Below, one piece after another: positions 9,779 through 18,932 of a DNA stretch of 38,038 nt. The stretch lies in NCBI GenBank assembly GCA_964647565.1, contig CAZYIM010000030.1, forward strand, positions 1-38,038, in the 5' to 3' direction. Origin of the DNA: an uncultured Methanosarcinales archaeon. Its GTDB lineage: Archaea > Nanobdellota > Nanobdellia > Woesearchaeales > CAZYIM01. A program made the position numbers and the translations under genes. The notes below the pieces were generated by a model. The model ran no database searches. It was given only the letters and a program-made list of their open reading frames with translations, and was not told the origin of the DNA. Positions within the stretch are counted from its first letter, which is position 1, and each line of letters begins with the position of its first letter.

Positions 9779-10255
9779 ATGAAAAAGACACTAACCATTG
9801 CTGCTATCCTGGCTGCTTTGACAGTAGGAGCAGCAGCACAAGACAAACCATCAACTCAAAATATGGCAAAGCAGACAAAGGCAGCTATTAGCGCTTATCA
9901 AAAGGCTGACAGTCTCAAGGACAGAGACAAGGCAATAGCTCATCTGAAAAAATCTATTAATATCTATCTCAGTAAAAAGCTCGACCAATCACAACTGAAG
10001 AAAGCAGGATTCAAAGATGGTATAATAGTGGATGACATGTATTGGAAACTTGGAGGCCTATTAGAACAGAAAGCCAACGAGATGGCAAGAAAAGACAGTT
10101 ACTCAGATAAGCAGATGTTCCAAGCATATAATGATGCGATGATCGCCTATGCAAACATAGGGCGATTCCTGCCTGGTTCAGGAAAAAATAACGCCGCAAG
10201 CACAAAATTGGATAAGGTGCTTATTCCACAAGCTATGAAATACGTAAAGAACTAA
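9779..10255 (+). CDS. Secreted helical (TPR-like) protein
   Basis: Signal peptide MKKTLTIAAILAALTVGAAAQ, AGGTGA SD, helical pattern (KAIAHLKKSI; DDMYWKLGGLLE) resembling the next gene. Confidence 0.7.
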   Translation: MKKTLTIAAILAALTVGAAAQDKPSTQNMAKQTKAAISAYQKADSLKDRDKAIAHLKKSINIYLSKKLDQSQLKKAGFKDGIIVDDMYWKLGGLLEQKANEMARKDSYSDKQMFQAYNDAMIAYANIGRFLPGSGKNNAASTKLDKVLIPQAMKYVKN

Positions 10256-10268
10256 AAGGTGAGAAAAT

Positions 10269-10904
10269 ATGAAAAAATTAACCATCCCAATTATTGCAGC
10301 GATCTTGTTAACAGGCACCACTGTAAATGCACAGATCAACGTAAGGAAGATGTTAGGAAAGGCAACACACGTTGAACAGATAGATGAAAAAGCACAGGCT
10401 CAGTTCAAGATGGCCAAGCAGTTTGAGAAACAGTCAGAAAAGTTCGAGGGAAGGGACAGAAACTCTTTCATCAACCAGGCTGTCAGGGCTTATGATGTAG
10501 TGATTGCAGACCCAGATGCCAACTACACTTTAAAGGCGCTCTCACACTGGAAGATTGCCAATTTGCAGTATTCAGTCGATAACTTCAGTGGAGCCAGAAA
10601 GACCCTGAAGAAGATTCTCAACAACTACACAGAACTTTTGGACAGCGGACTTGCCAGGAAAGAGGGTATTACAGACAAGCAGTTAGGTGATGACGCATAC
10701 TATCTAGCGGGTCAGATCGCAGAGAAGCAGGCTCTACTCTCTAACAGCCCAAGAAGCACCAGATATAATATCCTGAAAAGGGCAAAGAAGAACTATGAGT
10801 TAGTATCTGAACAGTTCCCAAAAACACAAAGGGTTGGAGATGCAAAAAAGAACCTTAAGAATATGAAGGCTGAGTTCCAATTGCTTCAGAAGTATGTAAA
10901 GTAA
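10269..10904 (+). CDS. Secreted tetratricopeptide-repeat protein (BamD/CpoB-like repeats)
   Basis: Signal peptide ending VNAQ. ALSHWKIA...ARKTLKKILNNY, DDAYYLAGQI and AKKNYELVSEQFPKT TPR patterns. Confidence 0.75.
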   Translation: MKKLTIPIIAAILLTGTTVNAQINVRKMLGKATHVEQIDEKAQAQFKMAKQFEKQSEKFEGRDRNSFINQAVRAYDVVIADPDANYTLKALSHWKIANLQYSVDNFSGARKTLKKILNNYTELLDSGLARKEGITDKQLGDDAYYLAGQIAEKQALLSNSPRSTRYNILKRAKKNYELVSEQFPKTQRVGDAKKNLKNMKAEFQLLQKYVK

Positions 10905-10909
10905 TTTTC

Positions 10910-11557
10910 TTATTTGCTTTTTGTCAATCCATAGACCACATTGTATGCATTCATTAGATCCTTCTCTTTAAACACAATTACTATCTCAGGAATGCAGCTC
11001 ATGATTTCCATTATGCTTACATTATGGATCGTTAACTCATTTGTAAGCACTGCTATAATGCCAGGAGTTTCCCAGGCACGTTCATCAAGATGCAAATTGA
11101 TTTCTGCAAGACCTTTGTCAATTTGATTTATCTTATGCGGGGCAAGTATCTCTTTAGCTTTTTTCAGATTCTTCTCATCGAGGATAATTTTTATGGCTTC
11201 ATTAGCCTGTGCTATTCTGAGAACTTCATTCTTATTGAAATTGACTAGAGAAAAAAGCTTAGGTAGACGTTTGCCTATCTCTGTGTCCTTCTCCACAGTC
11301 AAAGATGCAATATGATTCTTAGATGACATCTTAGCAAAACCAATCACATCCAGTGCCTTTGAGAACGCTCCTCTAGGCATGTCTGTCTCATAGCGCCTAA
11401 TAGCACTGATAAGAGCATTAGGAGGTGCATCCAGGCGAGCTTTTTTCTGTATATAGATGGCTAACGCCCGTTTATTTACAATACCTCTTTCAAGGCCTTT
11501 CCTCAGGATCGGATCAATATCAAGATACTTCCAAACCTCTTTGGTAATATTTGCCAT
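10910..11557 (-). CDS. Archaeal ACT-domain-containing putative regulator
   Basis: LERGIVNKRALA...ALISAIRRY N-terminus and ETPGIIAVLTNELTIHNVSIMEIMSC ACT-like C-terminus. Start taken at ATG 11557. Confidence 0.75.
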   Translation of the reverse strand: MANITKEVWKYLDIDPILRKGLERGIVNKRALAIYIQKKARLDAPPNALISAIRRYETDMPRGAFSKALDVIGFAKMSSKNHIASLTVEKDTEIGKRLPKLFSLVNFNKNEVLRIAQANEAIKIILDEKNLKKAKEILAPHKINQIDKGLAEINLHLDERAWETPGIIAVLTNELTIHNVSIMEIMSCIPEIVIVFKEKDLMNAYNVVYGLTKSK

Positions 11558-11643
11558 AAATAGCAAAAATCAAACAAATTATAAAAATGTTTGCTTTTTT
11601 TGTCACAAGCTTTATAAAAAATATCTGGTTTCAATAACGCACT

Positions 11644-11785
11644 TTAGGGATTAACCTATTAATGGACTAGGATAAATGGCAAAACCAATCAGAACCCAAA
11701 GTCTGTCTCTCGTCCTAGTCCTAACTATCTAAAACGCTTTCCACTTTTCTGGAAAGCTACTCAAGATGTATAGGTTAATCCCTAA
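11644..11785 (+). ncRNA. Candidate structured RNA / cis-regulatory leader (three-way junction)
   Basis: Perfect 16-bp inverted repeat 11644-11659/11770-11785 encloses a 10-bp helix (11664-11673/11712-11721) and an 8-bp hairpin (11736-11757). TATA-like TTTATAAA at about 11611-11618. Confidence 0.55.
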
Positions 11786-11827
11786 CCCACCATTTAACCA
11801 TTAATAGAATCACAACGGAGGAAGAAA

Positions 11828-12034
11828 ATGAATGAAATGTACGGAGTCTATCCAGCGAATTTTGGAATGATGCATGAGGGATTATATACCTTTAACCATC
11901 CAGACAGCGGCGATATTGGTGAGATTGTAATAGATATGGCAAAAAAGGCACAACCTGCACAAACACGAAATAATCAGGCCACCCGGTTTGCTACATCATT
12001 ATACCACTACATAATCCATCTAAAAAGACATTGA
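11828..12034 (+). CDS. Small hypothetical protein (68 aa)
   Basis: Strong GGAGG SD upstream of the ATG, no recognisable motif. Confidence 0.5.
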   Translation: MNEMYGVYPANFGMMHEGLYTFNHPDSGDIGEIVIDMAKKAQPAQTRNNQATRFATSLYHYIIHLKRH

Positions 12035-12096
12035 TCCGCCTGCACACCTTCAATTAATCCGAAAATCTTTAAAACCCCCACTATTTCTATTAGCGT

Positions 12097-13200
12097 ATGT
12101 CAGATATAAGTGCAAAAGAAAGATTCAAGCTCAAACAATTTGTAAAGGAGCTCAAGCAATATAGAGGACGCCATACCGAACTCATAACAGTTTATGTGCC
12201 AGCAGGATATGAAATCAGCAAGATAATAAACCACATCTTTCAGGAGCAAGGAACTGCATCCAATATCAAAAGTAAAAGCACAAGGGACAATGTCATTACA
12301 GGCCTTGAGAAAATGATGCAGCATCTTAAGCTTTTTCCAAAAACGCCTGCAAATGGGCTTGCAGTTTTCTCAGGAAATGTGGCAGAGAGAGAAGGCCAAC
12401 AAGATTTCAAGGTCTGGTCAATGGAACCACCCATACCTATCAACCAAAGATTGTACAGATGCGACAAAGAGTTTGTGCTCGACATTCTAGAAGAGATGGT
12501 GGCTGAGAAATCAATCTATGGATTAGTAGTGATGGACAAAAGAGAAGGTAATGTAGCCCTGCTCAAAGGAAAGACCATAATACCCTTAACCTCCAAGACA
12601 TCCGCAGTCCCAGGCAAGACGCGAGCAGGAGGACAATCGTCAGCTCGCTACGAGCGTCTGAGAGATGGTGCTGCAAAAGACTTCATGAAAAAAATCGCAA
12701 GTTGTATGAAAGATGAATTCCTAGAAAACAAGGACCTGAAAGGTATAATAGTTGGGGGGCCTGGACACACAAAGAATGAATTTGTCGAAGGAAATTTTAT
12801 CACAGACCAGATCAAGAAAAAAATCATCGGAATAAAAGACCTAAGCTACACTGGAGAATTTGGGCTACAAGAGCTTCTAGAGAAAAGCGAAGATGTATTA
12901 GCAGAAGAAGATGTGATTGAAGAAAAGAAGCTTATGCAAAAATTCTTCGGCTATCTGGCCAAGTCACCAGGTAAGGTTAACTATGGAAAAGACGCAGTTC
13001 TCGCAGACATAAAATTAGGGGCTGTAGATACTATCCTCCTCTCGGAAGCACTGGACGAGGCAGATATTGAGCTGTTTGAAACTGAAGTAAAACCTTTCGG
13101 TACAAAGATAGAGATTATATCAACAGAAACCAGAGAAGGAGTCCAACTAAGGGACATAGGCAAGGTAGCAGCCATCCTCAGATATGAAGTACATAGGTAG
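12097..13200 (+). CDS. prf1: Archaeal peptide chain release factor 1 (aRF1)
   Basis: RGRHTELITVYVP, TASNIKS, YRCD, GGQSSARYER, AAILRY motifs. Confidence 0.97.
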   Translation: MSDISAKERFKLKQFVKELKQYRGRHTELITVYVPAGYEISKIINHIFQEQGTASNIKSKSTRDNVITGLEKMMQHLKLFPKTPANGLAVFSGNVAEREGQQDFKVWSMEPPIPINQRLYRCDKEFVLDILEEMVAEKSIYGLVVMDKREGNVALLKGKTIIPLTSKTSAVPGKTRAGGQSSARYERLRDGAAKDFMKKIASCMKDEFLENKDLKGIIVGGPGHTKNEFVEGNFITDQIKKKIIGIKDLSYTGEFGLQELLEKSEDVLAEEDVIEEKKLMQKFFGYLAKSPGKVNYGKDAVLADIKLGAVDTILLSEALDEADIELFETEVKPFGTKIEIISTETREGVQLRDIGKVAAILRYEVHR

Positions 13201-13249
13201 TTATAGAAAGGTTTTTATTCCAGACATCCTCTCACATAAGGTGATTATC

Positions 13250-13696
13250 ATGAAATCAATCAAAACAGCTCTTTTTACTCTCTTATTGAGTAGCACTTTT
13301 ATTATGTACGGATGTAATAAAAGAAACCAGGAACCTTTTATTGTAAGTGCAGAAATCGGCCCTCATTGTGAAACTGTAGAAGAAGCGAAGTTTTATCATG
13401 AATGGGTTTCAGAATATATAAATAACCTACCAGACACTCTTAAGGATAAGATCGAGATCACTAATTATGATCCTAATGTTAAGAAGAAGGATAATACGGG
13501 CACTTATTGGAATCTAGATATGGAACTCAGGTCATATACTGTTAAGAACGACACCATAGTTGATTTGATCACTCCCGAAACATATGGCAAGCTTCACGCC
13601 AATCTCAACATGGGTTTTATAATTATTAAGGAAGATCTAAAAAAAGGACATTCAAGAGGGGAGATATTAGAGAAACTCGCTTCCCTCGACTACTGA
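13250..13696 (+). CDS. Hypothetical exported / lipoprotein-like protein
   Basis: AGGTGA SD before ATG 13250. MKSIKTALFTLLLSSTFIMYGC signal with a lipobox-like GC. Confidence 0.65.
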   Translation: MKSIKTALFTLLLSSTFIMYGCNKRNQEPFIVSAEIGPHCETVEEAKFYHEWVSEYINNLPDTLKDKIEITNYDPNVKKKDNTGTYWNLDMELRSYTVKNDTIVDLITPETYGKLHANLNMGFIIIKEDLKKGHSRGEILEKLASLDY

Positions 13697-13749
13697 GTTC
13701 TTGCTTGATAACAAAACTTAAAAATGACTCTTTTTTCTAGTCTAATCAA

Positions 13750-13905
13750 GGGCCAGTGGCCTAGTCTGGCAAAGCTTTGCGTTAATAAACGCAGGTTTTT
13801 GGCAAATAAGGCGACAGCCTCCTAACTATTAGGTGGAGAGCTGTAGATCGGGGGTTCGAACTGATAAATGCTTACGCATTTATTGCGACATTCCCCTCTG
13901 GCCCG
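13750..13905 (+). tRNA. tRNA-Arg(CCT) with three introns (D loop 13770-13805, anticodon loop 13825-13838, T loop 13861-13891)
   Basis: Acceptor GGGCCAG/CTGGCCC+G, D stem GCCT/AGGC, anticodon arm ACAGC-CT-CCT-AA-GCTGT after splicing, T arm GGGGG-TTCGAAT-CCCCT. BHB-like folds at all three junctions. Confidence 0.85.
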
Positions 13906-13952
13906 CTTTTTTTCTCGATAAATTTTTATATAATTCAATTTATTTTGTTTAT

Positions 13953-14987
13953 ATGAAGAAAAGCTGGCTGGTTGGAATTGCAGTCATAATAGGAATACTA
14001 GGTCTTGCAATTATTCTCTCAAAAGTACCTTTACTCGACGTGATCCTGTCCTATAGACATGCCAGTCTGAAGTACATAATTGGCTTCATCTTAATGTCTG
14101 TAGTTATGCATAGCGCCGTGACCTATAGATGGCACATAATCAATAGGAGCATGAATATCAGGATATCATTCTTTAGGACAGTTCTATATAGACTGGCAGG
14201 CTGGGGAGTCAGTTTTTTCACACCCGCTGCAAAACTTGGTGGCGAACCTCTCAGAGCTGCTTTGCTCAAGAAACATGATGTTGATTTTCCAAAAGCACTC
14301 TCATCAGTGGTTATCGATAAAAGCATTGATGTCTCTTCTGCCATCCTGTTTTTTGCAATTGGCGCAGTCATCTTAATAGCAAATGCGGCTTTACCAGATA
14401 ATGCAAGGTTCATGCTGATCTTGATCGCTATGTTTGCATTCCTGGCGGTAGGATATTTCTATTATAACACTCTCAAAGGCAACAATATCCTGGGTAAGTT
14501 AATAAGATTCTTACGGCTCGACAGGATTAAGAAAATCAGGCAATCTGAGAGAAAACTTGAAAAATTCGAACAGAATGTAATCAGTTTTTACAAGCATGAC
14601 AAGAAAACCTTCTTAGGGGCTATTCTGGTCACTGCCTTGTCCTGGGCGGGTATGTTCTTTGAATACAAGTTTGCACTTTTGCTCATAGGCTTTGATGCTA
14701 CACCCTTACAGATATTCATGGTCTTCTCTTTTGTTGGTGCAGCTTATGTCTTCCCTATACCTATGGCAGTTGGCTCTTTAGAAGCCGGTCAGGTTTCAGT
14801 CTTTGCCATCCTGGGCATGAAATCTGCAGTCGGAGTGGCTCTTTCTTTATTGATACGAACAAGAGACACATTGATCGCACTTTCGGGTTTGGTGCTTTTA
14901 AGCTATTTTGGCCTCAATGTCCCAAATGTTTTTAAGAAATTGTTTAAAAGTCAGAATCAAGATGATAAAAACAATTCATCTAAGTGA
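13953..14987 (+). CDS. Flippase-like membrane protein (UPF0104 / lysylphosphatidylglycerol synthase TM family)
   Basis: YRW...FFTPAAKLGGEPLRA, SSVVIDK, PIPMAVGSLEAG motifs and multiple TM helices. Start moved to ATG 13953 because the longer ORF overlaps the tRNA. Confidence 0.88.
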   Translation: MKKSWLVGIAVIIGILGLAIILSKVPLLDVILSYRHASLKYIIGFILMSVVMHSAVTYRWHIINRSMNIRISFFRTVLYRLAGWGVSFFTPAAKLGGEPLRAALLKKHDVDFPKALSSVVIDKSIDVSSAILFFAIGAVILIANAALPDNARFMLILIAMFAFLAVGYFYYNTLKGNNILGKLIRFLRLDRIKKIRQSERKLEKFEQNVISFYKHDKKTFLGAILVTALSWAGMFFEYKFALLLIGFDATPLQIFMVFSFVGAAYVFPIPMAVGSLEAGQVSVFAILGMKSAVGVALSLLIRTRDTLIALSGLVLLSYFGLNVPNVFKKLFKSQNQDDKNNSSK

Positions 14988-16050
14988 AGCAACCAGATTT
15001 TTTAGCCGCTCTCTAAAAAAAGGATATCATGAATATACAGGCAACGCTGAAAATATATGCAGACAGATTGTCAAGAACTGCTATAATACTAAAAAGAATT
15101 ATTTTATGGTCAGCGCAGGCCACTTCAGTGAGTTCTATAGCAGGGATTTTGGGTGGTGTACGGCGCCTTTGATTAGACTCGGATATGAAACTGAGGTCAG
15201 GAATAGTCTCGAATATGCCCTACAGATTTTCAGCAAACATAAAAGAATCACTACTACAATAAATCCTGACGGGATCCCTTTTGATTTTCCTAAACCAGGT
15301 CCAGATTCCTTGGCATATACTATTCATTCTTTAAGACTTTTGGGTAATAATAATTTAATTGAGAAATATTTTGAATTGCTGAATGAACAGATATTGCATT
15401 ACTTTAACCTGGTTTTTGACAGAGAACAAGGTCTGGCAAATTCACACCATTTTTCATCAATGAAAGACCACGCCATTAGAAGATCCTCCTGCTATGATAA
15501 TACCCTGCTGGCTATGTTAAAAAAAGACCTTAGAGATCTTCCCTTGGTCAATCCATTTGAAGAATTTGATCTGAATCGCACCATCAAAAAAAAATTCTGG
15601 GCAGGAAGATACTTCCTTGATGATCTTTCAGGCTCAGATTATGTTGCAGGTGATGCAAATGTATTCCCATATTGGACAGGTGTATATTCTTCTAAAGAGA
15701 TGCTAAAGGCTTCAATCGACTCGATTAGAAAAGAGGGATTGGATAAACCCTTCCCTATTAAATATACTTCAGCAAGACACAAAGGGATGAAGTTCAGTAT
15801 TGGCAATTTATTTGCACCAAACTATGAAGTCAACAGTATCTGGATGCATATGGGGCCTTTATACGTCAGACTGGTCAAGAAAATCAATAAGAAACTGTTT
15901 GAGCAGTATCTTAAAAAATATACTCAACTTATAGAGACACATAAAAACTTCTTAGAGGTTTTCAGTTTTGACGGCCAACCTTTCAAAACTACCTTTTACA
16001 AGACAGATGAATCAATGCTCTGGGCTAGTCTGTACCTTGATCTTTTCTAA
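14962..16050 (+). CDS. Six-hairpin glycosidase-like protein (amylo-alpha-1,6-glucosidase/GH15-like)
   Basis: SAGHFSEFYSRDFGW, CYDN, IKKKFW, NYEVNSIWMHMG motifs consistent with an (alpha/alpha)6 glycosidase. Confidence 0.6.
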   Translation: MIKTIHLSEATRFFSRSLKKGYHEYTGNAENICRQIVKNCYNTKKNYFMVSAGHFSEFYSRDFGWCTAPLIRLGYETEVRNSLEYALQIFSKHKRITTTINPDGIPFDFPKPGPDSLAYTIHSLRLLGNNNLIEKYFELLNEQILHYFNLVFDREQGLANSHHFSSMKDHAIRRSSCYDNTLLAMLKKDLRDLPLVNPFEEFDLNRTIKKKFWAGRYFLDDLSGSDYVAGDANVFPYWTGVYSSKEMLKASIDSIRKEGLDKPFPIKYTSARHKGMKFSIGNLFAPNYEVNSIWMHMGPLYVRLVKKINKKLFEQYLKKYTQLIETHKNFLEVFSFDGQPFKTTFYKTDESMLWASLYLDLF

Positions 16051-16813
16051 ACTTAGATCTCATCGTATAAAAACCCAGATTCAGCAAATATTTAAGTTTT
16101 ATTTCCGAGCCATATATCCTACAATCTCCTTTTCTCATCTGATCAAGAAATTCTTCAGCAGTGTCTGCTTGGGCAGCAGTTATCACTTTGCCCAGCATCT
16201 TGGTTGTGTGAGCATCGCTGCCACCAACCATCAATTTCTTATTACAAAATGCCCAGCCAACAGCCTCTAAATTCTGTTTTCGAGGCAGAGTTGAATTTAC
16301 CACCTCTAACCCATCAACATGCTTTAAGTAGGAGGGATATTTTTTCAAGATCCTATATGCTCGTTTAGGACCTGGAGTAAAGGGATGTGCCAAGAATAAT
16401 AATGAATTGTATCTTTTAGCTGCATCACAAATTTCTTCCTCATCCAGGATTAACTTCTGCATGGTTAGCTTTCTGATTTTTTTTCTGAATCTGACAACAT
16501 ATCTCTGATAAAACTCTTTTAATTCCTCCAGATCATAGAAGTAAATAAGAAAATCTTTCCGTTTCTTAGAAGTCACTTCAATACCGGGAATATTCAATAG
16601 ATCCTTGTAGTTATTCATCTCAACAGATGCTTTTATCTTATTATGATCCACAATAGAGAAACCTATGCCCGTAAGCTTACTCCATCTAGTAACATTAAGA
16701 AGAGTGAGTTCAGAATCTGCAGATTGGACTGTATGTACATGCATATCAACAGCAGCAAATCCTTCTTTCTTCAAAGCAGATACATTGGGTCTTTCAAAAA
16801 AAATCTCCGCCAT
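16025..16813 (-). CDS. PHP-domain metal-dependent phosphoesterase
   Basis: DMHVHT, IVDHN, IPGIEVT, LAHPF, GLEVVN, GGSDAH motifs. Confidence 0.9.
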   Translation of the reverse strand: MAEIFFERPNVSALKKEGFAAVDMHVHTVQSADSELTLLNVTRWSKLTGIGFSIVDHNKIKASVEMNNYKDLLNIPGIEVTSKKRKDFLIYFYDLEELKEFYQRYVVRFRKKIRKLTMQKLILDEEEICDAAKRYNSLLFLAHPFTPGPKRAYRILKKYPSYLKHVDGLEVVNSTLPRKQNLEAVGWAFCNKKLMVGGSDAHTTKMLGKVITAAQADTAEEFLDQMRKGDCRIYGSEIKLKYLLNLGFYTMRSKFRKDQGTD

Positions 16814-16897
16814 GTTAAATAAATCGTAGGCAAGATATATAAATTTTCTTAATCAATGAGTTAATCCAAAATAATTTAAAGAAGATAATATTAAGAT

Positions 16898-18571
16898 ATG
16901 CTAATGTCCCTACTTAACATAAAAAGAGATATAAAAGACCTGAGGAGATTAGATGAAATCATCCTAGTATTTTTTGAAGAGGGATTTGGTTTTTTTCTGG
17001 ACAAAATCAATCTTTTACATAGGGTGCCTGCTATTAAGAAGTTCAAACTCAGTTTCAAGAAAAAACCTGAGCTGAGCATACCTGAACGATTAAAAAATGC
17101 CCTTGAACGTCTAGGCCCCACCTTTGTAAAACTGGGCCAGATCCTAAGTGTAAGACCTGATCTGGTTCCCCACGAATTCATTGCGGAATTAGAAAAGCTT
17201 CAAGATGAAGTCCCGCCATTCCCATATGAACTGGCCAAAAAAATAGTCGAGACAGAGCTTCAAAAACCGCTTAAAACTGTTTTCAAGAGCTTTGAGAAGA
17301 AGCCTATTGCTTCTGCATCAATTGCACAGGTGCACAAAGCAGTACTTAAGAACGGCCAACAAGTGGCTGTCAAAGTACAACGGGAAGGTGTGAAGGAGAA
17401 AATTGACAGGGATCTTGATATACTTTTCTTATTGGCCCACGCAATTGAGAAAAATTTTCCTGAAACCAGGAACTACAGACCACTAGATATAATGAAAGAA
17501 TTTGCATCGTGGACCCGAAAAGAGCTGGATTTTACAGTTGAGGGAAAAAACGCAGACATAATTCGTAAGAACTGCAAAAAAGACAAAGATGTAAAGATAC
17601 CTGAAATCCACTGGAAGTTCACAACTAAAAAAGTGCTGACTCTTGAATTTATTGACGGTTTGAAGTTCAATGATATTGAAGGCGTCACAAAAGCGAAACT
17701 GAATCGAAGAAAGCTTGCAGTAACTGGTTTTAATACTTTCATGAAACAAGCACTTATAGATGGATTTTTCCACGCAGATCCCCATCCTGGCAACATCCTC
17801 TGCCTGAAGCATAATATGATTGCTTACTTGGATTTTGGGATTGTAGGCAGATTCAATGCAGAGTTGCGGGATGGAGTTGCAGGATGCTTTGAAAATGTCA
17901 TCAAACGAAAAGCAGATAAAGTCACAGATCTCTTTGTTGGCTTCTCAGCAGTTCCAGATTACGCGGATGTAGAAGGATTCAGGTATGAGGTTAGAGAGAT
18001 TGTTGACGGCCTCTATGATTCTACTCTCAAGGAGAAGAGCATAGTAAAAAGCATCTATAAGGTCATAACTTCTGCAGCAAGACATGGCATCATCATTCCA
18101 CCAGACATATCTCTTTTTGGAAAGGCGCTTTTGACTGCCGAAGGCGTCGGCTATCTCATGTACCCTGATTTTAACCTCACCCAGGATGCCCAACCATTCA
18201 TGGAAAAACTATTAGTCGAAAGATACAGCCTTAAGAATGTCTCATCAAAAGTGCTAAAGAAGATTGGAGAATACAAGGATTTCTATGAAGAACTCCCAGA
18301 CCATGTCCAGAAGATCATGAAAAAGCTTGAGACTGGCAACATAGAATTCTCTCTCGACAAAAGAGAGGTTAAAGAATTTGCAAAACATCTGGATAAGGGA
18401 ACAGATGAAAAAACAATAGGTTTGATTATTGCAGCCCTGATAATTGCTTCTGCGATCATATTCTATGCTGAAGGCCGGACTCAAATCTTGGGCATGTCCA
18501 TAGGTATGATCATGCTCTTGGCCGCAGCATTATTGACTCTTTGGATGACATATTTGATAATAAAGAAATAA
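16898..18571 (+). CDS. AarF/ABC1/UbiB-family atypical kinase
   Basis: LGPTFVKLGQILSVRPDL, PIASASIAQVHKA, VAVKVQR, FFHADPHPGN, DFG motifs and two C-terminal TM helices. Confidence 0.95.
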   Translation: MLMSLLNIKRDIKDLRRLDEIILVFFEEGFGFFLDKINLLHRVPAIKKFKLSFKKKPELSIPERLKNALERLGPTFVKLGQILSVRPDLVPHEFIAELEKLQDEVPPFPYELAKKIVETELQKPLKTVFKSFEKKPIASASIAQVHKAVLKNGQQVAVKVQREGVKEKIDRDLDILFLLAHAIEKNFPETRNYRPLDIMKEFASWTRKELDFTVEGKNADIIRKNCKKDKDVKIPEIHWKFTTKKVLTLEFIDGLKFNDIEGVTKAKLNRRKLAVTGFNTFMKQALIDGFFHADPHPGNILCLKHNMIAYLDFGIVGRFNAELRDGVAGCFENVIKRKADKVTDLFVGFSAVPDYADVEGFRYEVREIVDGLYDSTLKEKSIVKSIYKVITSAARHGIIIPPDISLFGKALLTAEGVGYLMYPDFNLTQDAQPFMEKLLVERYSLKNVSSKVLKKIGEYKDFYEELPDHVQKIMKKLETGNIEFSLDKREVKEFAKHLDKGTDEKTIGLIIAALIIASAIIFYAEGRTQILGMSIGMIMLLAAALLTLWMTYLIIKK

Positions 18572-18619
18572 CGAAAGTTTTTTATAGACCTTTTTATAAA
18601 TTTAAACAGGTGGAAAAAA

Positions 18620-18931
18620 ATGGATTTACTCAAGAAAACTCTACAACTCGGATTTGGAATCACTGCGCTTACAAAGGAAAAGGCTGAGAAATTTGTCAAG
18701 GAAGCGAAGAAGCATTATAACCTGAATGAAAAAGAGGGTAAGAAACTGGTTGCTGATCTGCTGAAGCAGTCTGATAAGACTCAAAAAGAAATTGCAGGCA
18801 TTGTCAAGAAACATGTCGATCTCGCAGTCAATGCAACTGGCCTGGCAACCAAGAAAGACCTTGCAAACCTGGAAAAGAAGCTGGTAGGAAAGAAGAAACC
18901 AACCAAGAAAAAGGCCAAAAAGAAGAAATAG
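18620..18931 (+). CDS. Phasin-family (PhaF-like) protein with Lys-rich tail
   Basis: MDLLKKTLQLGFGITALTKEKAEKFV...EGKKLV...LATKKDLANLEKK pattern, adjacent to the UbiB kinase. Confidence 0.75.
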   Translation: MDLLKKTLQLGFGITALTKEKAEKFVKEAKKHYNLNEKEGKKLVADLLKQSDKTQKEIAGIVKKHVDLAVNATGLATKKDLANLEKKLVGKKKPTKKKAKKKK

Positions 18932-18932
18932 A

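Noticed and set aside
11644..11785. Hammerhead ribozyme or C/D box sRNA interpretation of the three-way junction
   Set aside because: No CUGANGA/GAAA core and no RUGAUGA/CUGA box pair on either strand.
13814..13844. Reading the first tRNA as Trp(CCA) by splicing CTCC to AGA
   Set aside because: BHB geometry gives a canonical 37/38 cut producing CCT, and discriminator G73 and A20 fit Arg rather than Trp.
13833..13952. 40-aa N-terminal extension of the flippase-like ORF
   Set aside because: It overlaps the tRNA gene. ATG 13953 follows its own TATA-like element.
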